Program-made: the position numbers and the translations under genes | Origin: Owenia fusiformis | Taxonomy: Eukaryota | Direction of reading: 5' to 3' | DNA length: 64,000 bases | Assembly: GCA_903813345.2 (NCBI GenBank) | Contig: CAIIXF020000001.1 | Location: 42,594,001-42,658,000, forward strand | Notes under the pieces: model-generated | The model's database searches: none | The model's input: the letters and a program-made list of their open reading frames with translations, nothing else | What the model was told of the DNA's origin: nothing | Part shown: positions 14,655 to 26,600 of the stretch, piece after piece | Numbering within the stretch: the first letter of the stretch is position 1 | Layout: each line of letters begins with the position of its first letter

Positions 14655-16006
14655 CTTGCTGCGAGTTCACTTATATGTACATCAAATTTTAAGCGGTGGT
14701 CAAAAGTGAATCCCAGGTGTTTATGGGAAGTTTTGTATGGGATTTCAACACCTTCAAAGAATAAGGGCATAATGTCAAAATTATTAATATTCTTGGGTTG
14801 GAATATCATGTGAGCACTTTTTGATGCTTTAAATTGTAAATGCCATTTAATAGACCACTGTTCAATTATGTTCAGATCATGTTGCAGGTCAAAGGTTTGG
14901 TTATCATCGATATTGAAAGAGGCATAGGCTGACGTGTCGTCCGCATAAATATAACATTCTGATCTGAGGTTGTCAGGAAGATCGTTTATGTAGATGAGAA
15001 ATAGGAGTGGCCCAAGGACAGATCCCTGAGGTACTCCTGTGTTAATGTATCCGATATTTGAAAAGTTGGATTTTACATCATCAACTGTTACACAGATTTT
15101 TCTTTCTGAGAGGTAGGATTTAAGAAGTGTTAGGGTCATACCAGAAATTCCGTAAGATTCTAGTTTATGGAGAAGTAGAGAGTGCGGAACAGAATCAAAC
15201 GCAGAACTGATATCAAGGAAACAGGCATTTACACATTTCCCTTTTTCGAATTCATTCAAAATAAAGTCAATGATAGCCGTGATTTGGAGTTCAGTATTAT
15301 GACCAGCTAAGAATCCGGATTGTTTTGCAAAGAGTAGTTTGTTTCTAAAAATATGCTCGGTAATTTGAGAGTGGACAACTGTCTCCAGGATTTTTGAAAA
15401 TCCTTGAAGTAAAGTTATAGGTCTATAATTTTCAATAGCTGATCTGTCGGTTTTTTTGAAGATGGGGATGGTGTTGCCTTCCTTCCATATAGTTGGAAAT
15501 TCTCCAGTCTTGAAGATAAGATTAAAGAGGTCAGCAAGCTTAACTGATAGTGATGGGGAAGCTAATTTGATCATATCATTGGTTACATTATCTAAGCCAG
15601 CTGCTTTATTCTTTTTTAGTGATTTAATAATAAGGTCAAGGTCTTCTGATGATGTGCTTAAGTTATCCATTTTGATATGGGTTCTTTTATTAAATTGTGG
15701 GAGTGAATGGTCAAAATTGTGGTCAGTGTGATATTTTGATGTAAAAAAAGATAGAAACAAATTTGCCTTTTCAAGGCTTGTAGTTGCAAGTAGATTCCCA
15801 AAAATCAAAGAGGGAAATCCAGTATAGTATCTTCTATTTAAAAGTTTTTGAATGATTGCCCAGTATTTGTTGTTTCCATTATTTTCTGCCTCAAGGTTGT
15901 CACATATTTTGGAATGGTAATTTTCTTTTGCTTCAGTGATTTTATCTTTAACTTGCTGAGCTAAAAGTTTATAGTTATCATGGTCAATCTGCTTTGAACT
16001 GTTCAT
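14630..16006 (-). pseudogene. Reverse transcriptase domain of the LINE ORF
   Basis: Motifs: KAAGLD, NYRPITLL, QSGF, FLDISSAFDSVPH, GVPQGSVLGPLLFLIYINDL, YADD and HLG. Confidence 0.95.
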
Positions 16007-16960
16007 AAAATTGTGATTTTTTCCTAATCAGGTGTTTAATATCGTTATTTATCCAAGGTTGATCTTTTGAATTAAAGGTAGTTATTTTATTTGGAATGTT
16101 TTGTTCAAAGATGTTAAATACATCTCTAGTAAATGTTTCTGTTAATTGGTCAATATCATTGCATTCATTATATCTTTGTTCAATGTTTATGTCAAATATT
16201 TGGCTGTTTATTCGCTCTATGTTAGACTGGTCATACTTCCAAATACGTTTTTGATGTTTAGAAGTTCCTAAAATTTTCATTGGAAATGTAAGTTCCAATG
16301 TTGAATGGTCAGTACAGCCTATTGGATGAGTCACTTTAGATTCCCTTATCAGATCAGGTGAATTAGTTATTGCTAGGTCAATACATGATCGTGATTGATT
16401 AGTTATTCTTGTGGCTTCATGAATAAGTTGAACAAGGTTACATTCCATCAAAATTTCATCAAGTCTTTCCCCATTTGAATCAGTTTGCCCCTTAGACCAC
16501 CATTTTTTGTTCTTAGAGTTAAAATCCCCATTTATCAGTAGGTAATCACACTGGCATTTAGAGGCCTGCTTAATAGTGTTTTCAGCGGTATCAAAAAATA
16601 TATTTTCTTGATTTTTATCTAAATTTGGAGATTTGTAGTAAATCCCATATAAAATTTTAGTATTTTTATATTTAATCTCTACCCAAATGCAGTCTGTGGT
16701 ATCTAGGTCAGGTCTTGGTTTCACCAATAGTTCCCGCCTAACATAAATCAATAATCCTCGATTGTTTTGTTTATATAATGGTGGGTGAAATTCATCGCCA
16801 AGAGAAAATCTTTGATCAATCACATCATTCGTATACTTCCCAGCTTCACAGATCCCTACAATACTTATTTGATTAGATATAACTCAAATCTAGCGCCATT
16901 TGATGCTCCAATGCTATTTATATTAGTGAAGAGAAATTTAAGTTCATTTGGCCTTTCTGT
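15984..16960 (-). pseudogene. AP-endonuclease domain of the LINE ORF
   Basis: Motifs: LKFLFTNINSI, IVGICEA (after the frameshift), GLLIYVR, YKSPN, GDFNSK, TRI...SCIDLAITN and TDHS. Confidence 0.9.
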
Positions 16961-18499
16961 GGGGCCTGGATTTTTTTCCACTCCTCCAAAAGTTACTAAC
17001 AGGAAACTAAGATCAGGTTCACTGAGGATATGGAATATGTCCAGGATAATAATTATAGTGTTGATCAATTTTGTGTGTCCTATGACATCCTTAGTTTTAA
17101 TCTCAATATTTAGGATAACAGGAACCAGTGATGAGACTTGGACAAGTATTAGTATAAGCAACATCATGCTGTGTGTGAAAAAAGCAAATGTAAGGCACCA
17201 GTATAAAGTATATGTCATATGTGGTATCACTGAGGATACACAGATAGGGTCAAAATCCGTCATTATGTAAATCAAACTTAATTGGTAACAAATAAGGATA
17301 AGTCTATCCCACTGTGTGGTAAGAGTTAAAAAGCTTCCAAACCTTTTAAATCTACCAGTGAAATTACAGTATCCAGTCTTAACCTTTGAGGAATTGAAAA
17401 GCCCTATTTTGGCCTACATGGAAAAGGGAATGATTATTCAGCTAACCAACACCCCATGGAAATAATTGACATATCATTGAAAAGAAGGGAAACATTATTT
17501 CATGATTCAATAATTTAAATTGATGCTGTCATTTCTGGTTTTGTTGTTTTGCAATTTATTTGTTTGTTGCTTTTTTATACGCATAGGAAGAAGAAGGTAT
17601 CTACAGCGATGCAGGGAACTCAAACAGTCTATTCTTAACAAAGTTGTACCACTTCTTTCCTGTTGTAATAAGGAAGCCTTGGTGTAACAGACAGGAAGAA
17701 TCCATACTTGAATACTAAACCAAATAACTTAATTTCCTCTGATGCTATAGTTTATCAGTTTTATAGCCATTTAACATGATCTAATTAGCAAACGCACTGT
17801 GGGTATATGTGATAAAATTCCCATGAAATTATGATTGATGAGGAACTGATTGGACGATGATCCAATCTTGGCAGTTGTTCTATGCGAACAATTTATTAAC
17901 TTTTTATTTGAATAATTTCACAGGTTTCTTGGCACGTGACGTAAACATATAGCCTAATCAGAGAAGCTAATTTGTAAAGAGATCGTCCTGGAATACCCCT
18001 CTGACCCGATCATATACTTGTTTTTCAGATTTCGCATAGCATGGATCTAAATGTTGACATAAGTAGTTCTTCATCTTATTCATTCACTATACATGTAAAG
18101 AAGTTATTCACCAGGAGGGATTTGATCTGGGGAATATCTCAAGGGTGATATCCATATTTCCCTGCTAATTGTGAGTTAATATGGACGGATAACATTTAAT
18201 GACAACTCTGCTGATTATCATGATTTTTCTTAAAAACAGCCTTAATGATGGGTTTTCTGACAGAAAACGAAGTTATGATGTTATATTAGTGTAACAATGT
18301 AATACTTTTTCTATGCATATACCATTTGTCTAATGTTCTGTACCTTCCAACATTCTGGTTTAGTTAAGATAGTTGATGTATCATTTGTTCTTTGTGTTTT
18401 AGTATAAGTATAGTCGATAAGTGAGTTTTCAATAGCTTTAGTTTTGAAGTGAAATTAAAATCAATCAGTTCATTTATATTTTTGTTAAACCACAAATGT

Positions 18500-19250
18500 G
18501 TAGAGAATTTCATCATTGATTTTAATTCTTAACACGATGCCTTTGGTCCAATTCGTTGAGGATATCTTTAAAGTGTCCTAACCATTTACTTTTTGCTTTT
18601 AGAAGGTTGGGTTTGAGGCTGGAAAATCAGTTAATTCTATTGAGTACCTGAAAAAAATTGTGCCATTAGCAAACATTGAAAGTTTATTCTCAGTATCATT
18701 TAAACGGATACCTTGAATATCATAATTTTGTCTGATAGATATGGCTACTATTATGAAAAGGTATACTGATAGGGCACCGCTTGTCGCACTCCACTAGAAG
18801 ATATTAAATAGTTGATTAATACCCGTCGTTGTTATACATGTTCACATTTGAGCATTTTGTAAAATGTGTTTACCCATTTTGGTTAAAGCCTTGCCAAAAT
18901 TGAATAATGTAAGAACCTTTTCAATGAAATTCCAACTAACCGAGTCAAATGCTTTCTCAAAATCGATTTGAAGGAATAAGCCAAGGGTGTTACCTTCGTC
19001 AGTGTACTCGATATCGATAACTTCTATAAATCTAATGTTTTCCTCTTATGTAACTCACATCAACATATTTGTCAGTTTCGATTATAGGTGTTTAGGTTTT
19101 TCGTACCTTATTAGAAGTTGACTTGGTACCTATTTTTATAAACAGTGTCATTAATTTTTAGGGAATAATCTAAGTGTGTCTTTCTTTTGGAATAAATGTG
19201 AAAATAGACGACTCGCGCGCCAGACTCAAAGCATAATTCAAACTATCTAC
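18500..19250 (-). pseudogene. Highly decayed L1/Tx1-type reverse transcriptase
   Basis: The reverse complement of 18890-18985 reads LGLFLQIDFEKAFDSVSWNFIEKVLTLFNFG. GVRQ lies at ~18785 and a QFAxxT (cf. FADDT) remnant at ~18665. Confidence 0.7.
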
Positions 19251-19649
19251 GAATAGATCTTTAATATTTATCTAGAATGGGTGTTGCTGTTAAGCCGTCG
19301 GTATCTAGCACATTATTCATTATATGATGTCAATGTCATACAATCATAGTTATTCAATAATAGCTGTTATATAATAACTGTCATGTGTTGTCTTTTTCTA
19401 ATATTTCAGACATCTCTGATGACTTTTATTATCACCTTTTCATGTTTCACAATGGTTAATGCATACATTATTAACATTGCTCTCAATATGAGAAATATTC
19501 ATTGTTTTATTTGATCTTGTAAGATCAAGATGACTCGATAAAACAACATAAATATCTCCCCAGACCTACTAAAATTCAAAGACCGTGGTGGTTTGGTAAA
19601 ACAATAAAAAGTAATAAACAGCATATTACTAATAAATGAATAAACACAA

Positions 19650-19745
19650 GGAGCACACACGTCTCGAACTCGCAACCTCGTGGTTACGGCGCCCAATCGC
19701 GTAGTCTGAACGTGCTGGCGCTCAAACCCTCTCGGCCAACTCGAC
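19650..19745 (-). pseudogene. tRNA-derived sequence (tRNA pseudogene or SINE head, Leu(CAG)-like)
   Basis: Minus strand reads GTCGAGTTGGCCGAGAGGGTTTGAGCGCC...CGTTCAGAC...GCGAGTTCGAGAC. It has an A-box-like TGGCCGAGAGG and a B-box-like GAGTTCGAGAC, but the acceptor stem does not close. Confidence 0.5.
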
Positions 19746-20329
19746 AACCCCAAAAACATTTATTTGTGGCTCGTTTCTTTTATGACTGGTTAATCTCTAA
19801 GATGTTTCTTTTTCCTGTCATACTTTGCACTGCTCTTAAATATTTTTCCACTTGTGTGCTTTGTTTTCTTTGATAACCACTGAGCAGAACGGACAGATCA
19901 AAGAAGCATTCTCGATCGTGCTCATGATGGCTTCTTCGTTGATGAGGAAAGTTAAGATTAACTATATAAATCATACTATCCATAATATGGAGTTTATAAA
20001 TTGTACTTCAAAACCCATCATAGCTATGTTCTTTATCACAGGATTACTTATTATTCAGTTGATGATGTAAACTCCAATTTTATGTTTCCAGCCGAGATAC
20101 AACTAATAATTATGATTATCCTCTTTTTGTGTTTCATTGTATTAATTCTTTTTCCGATAAATACTTCTCAATTAATTCATATTACCCAGTATCATATATT
20201 TATATCAGTCTGGATCAAACATAAGCAACAACCATCAAAAATTGCAGGTCTCTGGAGATCGTTTTTATAAATGTTTAGATATTCTTGATTGGTATATTCT
20301 TAAGACTGGCCCATCATGACGATTTGTTG

Positions 20330-21910
20330 AGGAGTGTTGCATCCCCCACTTTAGGGTAAAACATGATAGGAACAGTTTGTTGAGGGATGAGGCATTTGCC
20401 AACTGATAAAACAATTGATGTTGCGTCTGCCCTCCAAGGGAACAATTTGTCGTGGGATGTTACATCTGTAAAGTCATGGAACAATTTGTTGATGGATGCT
20501 GCATTTGTCTACTCGAGAATTGTTTTTCGAGGAATGTTGCATATGTAAACTCATGGAACAGTTTGTTGAGGGATGTTACATCTGTAAAGTCATGGAACAG
20601 TTTGTTGAATGCTATTGCATCTGCCTATTCAACGAGCAGTTTGTTAATGGATATTGCATCTGTCAACTCGGGGAACAGTTGGTTGAGGGATATTGCATCT
20701 GTAAAGTCATGGAACAGTTTGTTGAGGGATGTTACATCTGTAAAGTCACGGAACAGTTTGTTGGGTGATATTGCATCTGCTTATTCAACGAGCAGTTTGT
20801 TAAGGGATATTGCATCTGTCAACTCGGGGAACAGTTTGTTGATGGATGCTGCATTTGTCAACTCGAGAATTGTTTGTACTCAAAGAACAGTTGGTTGAGG
20901 AATATTGCATCTGTAAAGTCATGGAACAGTTTGTTGAGGGATGTTACATCTGTAAAGTCATGGAACAGTTTGTTGAATGCTATTGCATCTGCCTATTCAA
21001 CGAGCAGTTTGTTAATGGATATTGCATTTGTAAACTCAAGGAACAGTTGGTTGAGGGATATTGCATCTGCAAAGTCACGGAACAGTTGGTTGAGGAATGT
21101 TGCATCTGTAAACTCAAAGAACAGTTGGTTGAGGATTATTGCATTTGTAAACTCAAGGAACAGTTGGTTGAGGAATGTTGCATATGTAAACTCAAGGAAC
21201 AGTTGGTTGAGGATTATTGCATTTGTAAACTCAAAGAACAGTTGGTTGAGGATTATTGCATTTGTAAACTCAAGGAACAGTTGGTTGAGGATTATTGCAT
21301 CTGTAAAGTCATGGAACAGTTGGTTGAGGAATGTTGCATCTGTAAACTCAAGGAACAGTTGGTTGAGGATTATTGCATTTGTAAACTCAAGGAACAGTTG
21401 GTTGAGGATTATTGCATTTGTAAACTCAAGGAACAGTTGGTTGAGGAATGTTGCATCTGTAAACTCAAGGAACAGTTGGTTGAGGGATATTGCATTTGTA
21501 AACTCAAGGAACAGTTGGTTGAGGATTATTGCATTTGTAAACTCAAGGAACAGTTGGTTGAGGGATAAAGCATCTGTAAAGTCATGGAACAGGTGGTTGA
21601 GGAATGTTGCATCTGTAAACTCAAGGAACAGTTGGTTGAGGATTATTGCATTTGTAAACTCAAGGAACAGTTGGTTGAGGATTATTGCATCTGTAAAGTC
21701 AAGGAACAGTTGGTTGAGGAATGTTGCATCTGTAAACTCAAGGAACAGTTTCTTGGGGGAGGTTGAATCTTTCGAATCATGGAACAGTTGATTGAGGGAT
21801 GTTGAATATGTCAACTCCGAGAACAGTTTGTCGAGGGATGTTGCATCTGTCAACTCAGAGAACAATTTGTTGAAAAAATGGAACACGCACTTTGTTGAAG
21901 AATGTTGCAT
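20330..21910. repeat. 39-bp minisatellite, roughly 40 units
   Basis: Unit is ggaacagttggttgagga(at/tt)(g/a)ttgcat(c/t)tgtaaactcaa. A 13-aa periodicity appears in the overlapping ORFs. The core is homogeneous and the edges are degenerate. Confidence 0.95.
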
Positions 21911-22977
21911 TGAATAGCTTACGGGTACGTAGATGTAACTTCATTGATTTCGTATGTAATCTAGAAAAAGAGTCACACGCACCTAGAACTCATATTTAAT
22001 AATTCCTACAAATATTTATAAGAATATTAATCATATTTAAGTTGAAGCGTTGCTTGTCTGGATCAAGATGTTTTAAAATTTATTTTCGGAAAGAACCTCA
22101 AACTCAACAGATCCGCCATTTATACAGCTCACTCATCAGAAAAATGGAGGCCATTTTGAAATTAAATTCCACTTCGCTAAATTAAAATATATATAACAAT
22201 CGATTAGATATAAGCTGATATTCTGAAAATGTGTATATAAAGGTATGTTTCATATAATTGTGCTTTAACAACTGTGCGTGTGTCACCATGATTTACAAAT
22301 ATTGAATATCAGGGCGACTGTAAACAATGACTCAAAGCCGAAATATAGAGAAGACTTTGGACCTAAGTAAATCGCAAGATGTTCCTTGAACCATATAATG
22401 AACGGTTAGTATTTGTCATGGAAAGTGTGATATTTAGCGTGTGTGATTTGATTTCATACCAGGTATAAAAAAGATTAAAAATACCCAAAATGCTCTCAAA
22501 CGAAAGGCGAAATCGTTTTGCACAAGAATGTGGAGAATCGAACACAATTAGTGGATCGCCATATCTAACGCGTCTCTTAAGATGTATTTAGCTTATTCAC
22601 ACAGTTCAATCAATGGATGCAACCAATCCTTTGTAAACGATTCATTACATTTATTGATGAAATAAGTTTTTCTGTTTACTCTTTATTAATACATTTGAGC
22701 AGTTTTGTTTGTCCGTATTAACCCCGGTCAACCACCCTAATGTTAAATGATTTATTATACCTAATTTACTTCTTCAACAGAAATTTGATTACTCCTGGAT
22801 TAGATTCAAATCGATACATTGTTTTATATTTAATCAGAATCAAGCTGAAAGATTCTATCTTAAGTGTGTAGATAGCATGTCAAGTATTCTTCCTACTCCC
22901 TAGGGCGACATATCATATGTTGTAATTACACGCTGCGATCCGGGTAGTTGAGTCCAGTCAGTGTTTTATCTGATATA

Positions 22978-23662
22978 TCGGGTGGGCATAATGGGACGTA
23001 CATACATATGTATTTTGATGCTTGTTAATGTATATTGCCACTGGTCCCCACGTGATTACAAAGACGTTATGTCTTTATAACAAAATAGATGAACTTTTGT
23101 CAGGGGAACTTTTTACATCATTTTCACCTAGAAGGAGGTCGATTTGTATCCAAATAATTTACCCGTATGTTAGAACTAAAAACTGCTCTCAAAAAATTAT
23201 GATTAAAATCGTGCAAGCGATAGACCTTAAGGAGGGATGACACGTTATGACAGAAACGAAAGCACGCTGCAGATACGTTGATGATAGGTTTTGAATGAGA
23301 ATGTGAAGAAAATTAGCTTCACGGATGAAAAGGACTTTCCATTTGAGATTGCGCGCAATGGACAGACGATCGCGTTTGTGGCCTGAAAGCGGGGCATTCG
23401 TGTTAAGAGTCTGCCGGAAAAAATTGATCACCTTTTCAAGTGAAACAAGGTGAAGGACATTATTTTTAAATGTCCGGGACATGCGATTTTTACTACTGTT
23501 TCTGATTTTGATCCCATGAACAAAATCTTGAAGGATGATATTTACTCCGTATATTATGGACATAATCGCTTTTGAGTGCTTAAGATTTTTAGAGGTGGAC
23601 GTAAGAGGATTTCGAAGATACATATAGTGTCAAAGAACGGCCCATTTTTTATGCCCGCCTAG
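22978..23662 (+). mobile_element. Decayed Tc1/mariner element
   Basis: Imperfect TIRs ta|tcgggtgggcataatgggacgt and acggcccattttttatgcccgcctag|ta. Internal ISFTDEKDFPFEIARNGQ (~23310) resembles the first catalytic-Asp motif. Confidence 0.65.
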
Positions 23663-26600
23663 TATATTATAACCCCAAGTTCAATATTTTAACGTTATTC
23701 CAAAAACACGGTGCGGTAACCAAACTGCCTGCATGCAGTTTCAAACCCTGAAAAACTGTGCGCATATTTAAAAATGGCAAACGGGGAGGACACGACTCCC
23801 ATAAGGATGAAAAGTACTGGAAATACAAGCAGGTTAGTTTTGTTTATCAGACATTACCATTATGTGGAGAACTATGTTTTCTTTCAAGTGGAGTACCCAT
23901 ATTGATAAAAAATATCAATCGGAAAATTCCGAAAATTATGAAAATGAACCCCATGTCAACAATTTTTCCAAAATGTCGAACCTAAAAGAGGATCTCATTT
24001 TTCTGATTTTTATTACATGAAAAGATTATTCAACAATGGTCTAAAACTTCTTTAAAAGTAGAATGGTATTGAAAGTCTAATTTTGAAGAGATCAATTTTT
24101 GATGACCAAAATTATGCTGAAAACAATGGATCGCACGAGTTTTTTCGATGGGAAAATAACATGGAATGTATGTTTTTAACTTAAACGCATTTCAATACCC
24201 ATTCCCTTTTCAGAAACCTTTTATATAGTGTAGAAGAAACGTTCGATATGTTAAAATTGAGAAAAACAAGATCCTCTTTTTAGAAAATAAGCCTAACATT
24301 TAAAAAAGTGCCAAAAGTCGGGTTCTAAACCATAATAATTCAAAGAGTTGGATTGATATTTTTATAATTTTTTTATTTCAAAGAATAAGCATGTTAAAGC
24401 AATTGCAAAAAACAATTACAATACAGTTACATGGTAAACATACATTTTACAATTTTACAATACAGTATTGGTTAAGCGTTATTCTTTAAGAAATGTTATA
24501 ACATTGGCAATATTTTGTTTAAAAAACTGTATTTATGCCAAGAAAGTACTCATGGTGAAAGATATGACCGTCTAAAATCACTTGCCATACTGCACATGGA
24601 CCTTTGCGGTAGTTTATTAAAAGTTCGTTTTAAATATATTCATGTTGGAAAGGTGAAAGTAAATGATCTGATTAATTTTCAAAATATACTTACTAAAAAT
24701 TAACTGCTTTTGGTAAATATGCTGTTCATTGCATGAGACTTCACACCAAGCCCTGCTTAGATGCCACTACTGTACGGATCGTTTTAGTGAGTGAAGTCAA
24801 TATCTGGAATAGCAAAAAGATTGTAAGAACCTGTCTTGTTACTTATAGGAATGAACACAGAAGGATTAATCAAGTGTAACACCACTGTTAATCAATGTCA
24901 AACTGTAACTGTTCGTAGTAGGCCAATAAGCCGAGTTTAACATTCTTATATTAAATGAATGGACTTATTCGACTATCGAAACAAAACATTCAAGATCAAA
25001 TTGACTTCCATCGTCCTATGGGTTTTCAAATCGATCAGATCTAAATAAGCCATATCGAAATTGCTTTTTGACGTAAGTGTTAGAGACATTTTCTCATCTC
25101 CAAATAAGACCAGTTTAGCTCCTTTTCGGTGTCGGAAGATGATCGCGATCCCCTTGGTTCAGGTATAATTATATGGGTCAGTGGTCAAATAACGATAATG
25201 TTAAATGACTTGTGAGAGCCTAATAATAAATTAAAAATACACCAAAGCATGATAATACTCAAAACTAATTCAAAGATCTTAACAAAGAGGGTGTCAAATG
25301 AAATATGGACATAGAATGACGTTTTTCATATATGTAGAGACCCCTTCCACGCGCATTATCTCATTGAAATGTCTGTACGAGTGTACGTATTTTTACATGC
25401 AGGTGTACCTCAGTGATTCTTTGTTTAAACATGATCTCATAACTGAAAAAATATTAGTCATTTGGGCTAAAGTCGGTGATTCCAAGGTAAAGTTAGCGTC
25501 TTTCGTAGTTTTATTTTGGTCACGCATAGAAAAAAAGCTAATTTACTTGTTGACCTATAATTTCTTTATATTTTGTTCCCTAGGAGTGTTCAAGATGAAA
25601 TCAAACTTGTAAAAACATCGTCCTAGTATCCCTTGGAATATTTTTTAAATATTTTAAAAGTGATTCTAGGTAGGTTTGGTCTGATTGATGGAAAAAGGGA
25701 TACCATAGATTTTGGTAGAAAATGTGTTTTGCATATGTCCCTTATTTACATTATATTTACTGGTACACATACTAGTATTAATGAAGATGAGTCGAGATCA
25801 TATGGTTAAGCAGCAAAATGAAGAAAAAAAATTAAAATTATTTAAAATAATTACATTCTTCAAAATGCTGATGTAATCCCTTTTGCAACAAAATCCTATA
25901 ATAATCACTAGACAATTTAGTTTTTAACTTTAAGGAGTGAATATTGATTATAGCCAATGTCATTGATATTACGTGGCACTTGGGTAAGGATATCTTCGTC
26001 TTCCGTCGCATTTTAATATTGCTAAGTCTTAAAAGCATCCAATTCTAAAGAGCTCGTGCCTAACAGGGAAGTTTTTAAGAAAATAGAGTTTAGGAACTTG
26101 CCTATATTCTGACGTTTGATCTTCCCAGGCCATCTTATCAAACATTACGAGATGCAAATGAAACTAATCTAATCGTTCATATATCCCAAATGGTATTTGA
26201 TATTAATAATTAGAAAGATATTCAACTTAGAATTTCATCGAAGAATGTTTCTCTCTGAATATCACATTCTCTACATTAACAATTTATCACTTACCAATTG
26301 TTTTTCAGATCAAGTTGGCTTTAGACTAAATCTTATCAGTTTTATATTAAATATGGATTGACTGTATTTCCTTTTGGCTCTAAATAATCAATTATAGGGC
26401 CAAAAGTTAGCTTGTACCTTTCTTTCTTTTTGTTACCCATATCTAAGCGGGAGTAAAATTGGCCTGATATTTACACTTTCATCCTCCATAACTCCTCCAC
26501 CTCCCACTCCCCAATTATAGTGTTATTGAATGATTACCTCATCCACATACCTTTTTCCATTCATGCAACTTTTAACCATCTATTATCGGATTACAACACA

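Larger units (their letters stand above)
13750..17275 (-). mobile_element. Non-LTR retrotransposon, CR1/L2 group, single ORF (2A-like + APE + RT + CCHC), three frameshifts
   Basis: Four consecutive minus-strand ORFs join via frameshifts at ~16868, ~16000 and ~14645 into one polyprotein. Element ends and TSD were not resolved. Confidence 0.9.

Noticed and set aside
20452..21910. Cys-rich and other repeat proteins from the ORF track
   Set aside because: Explained by a 39-bp unit lacking stops; there is no independent gene evidence.
23707..24400. Second CACGGTG-starting segment
   Set aside because: No matching inverted end or TSD was found.
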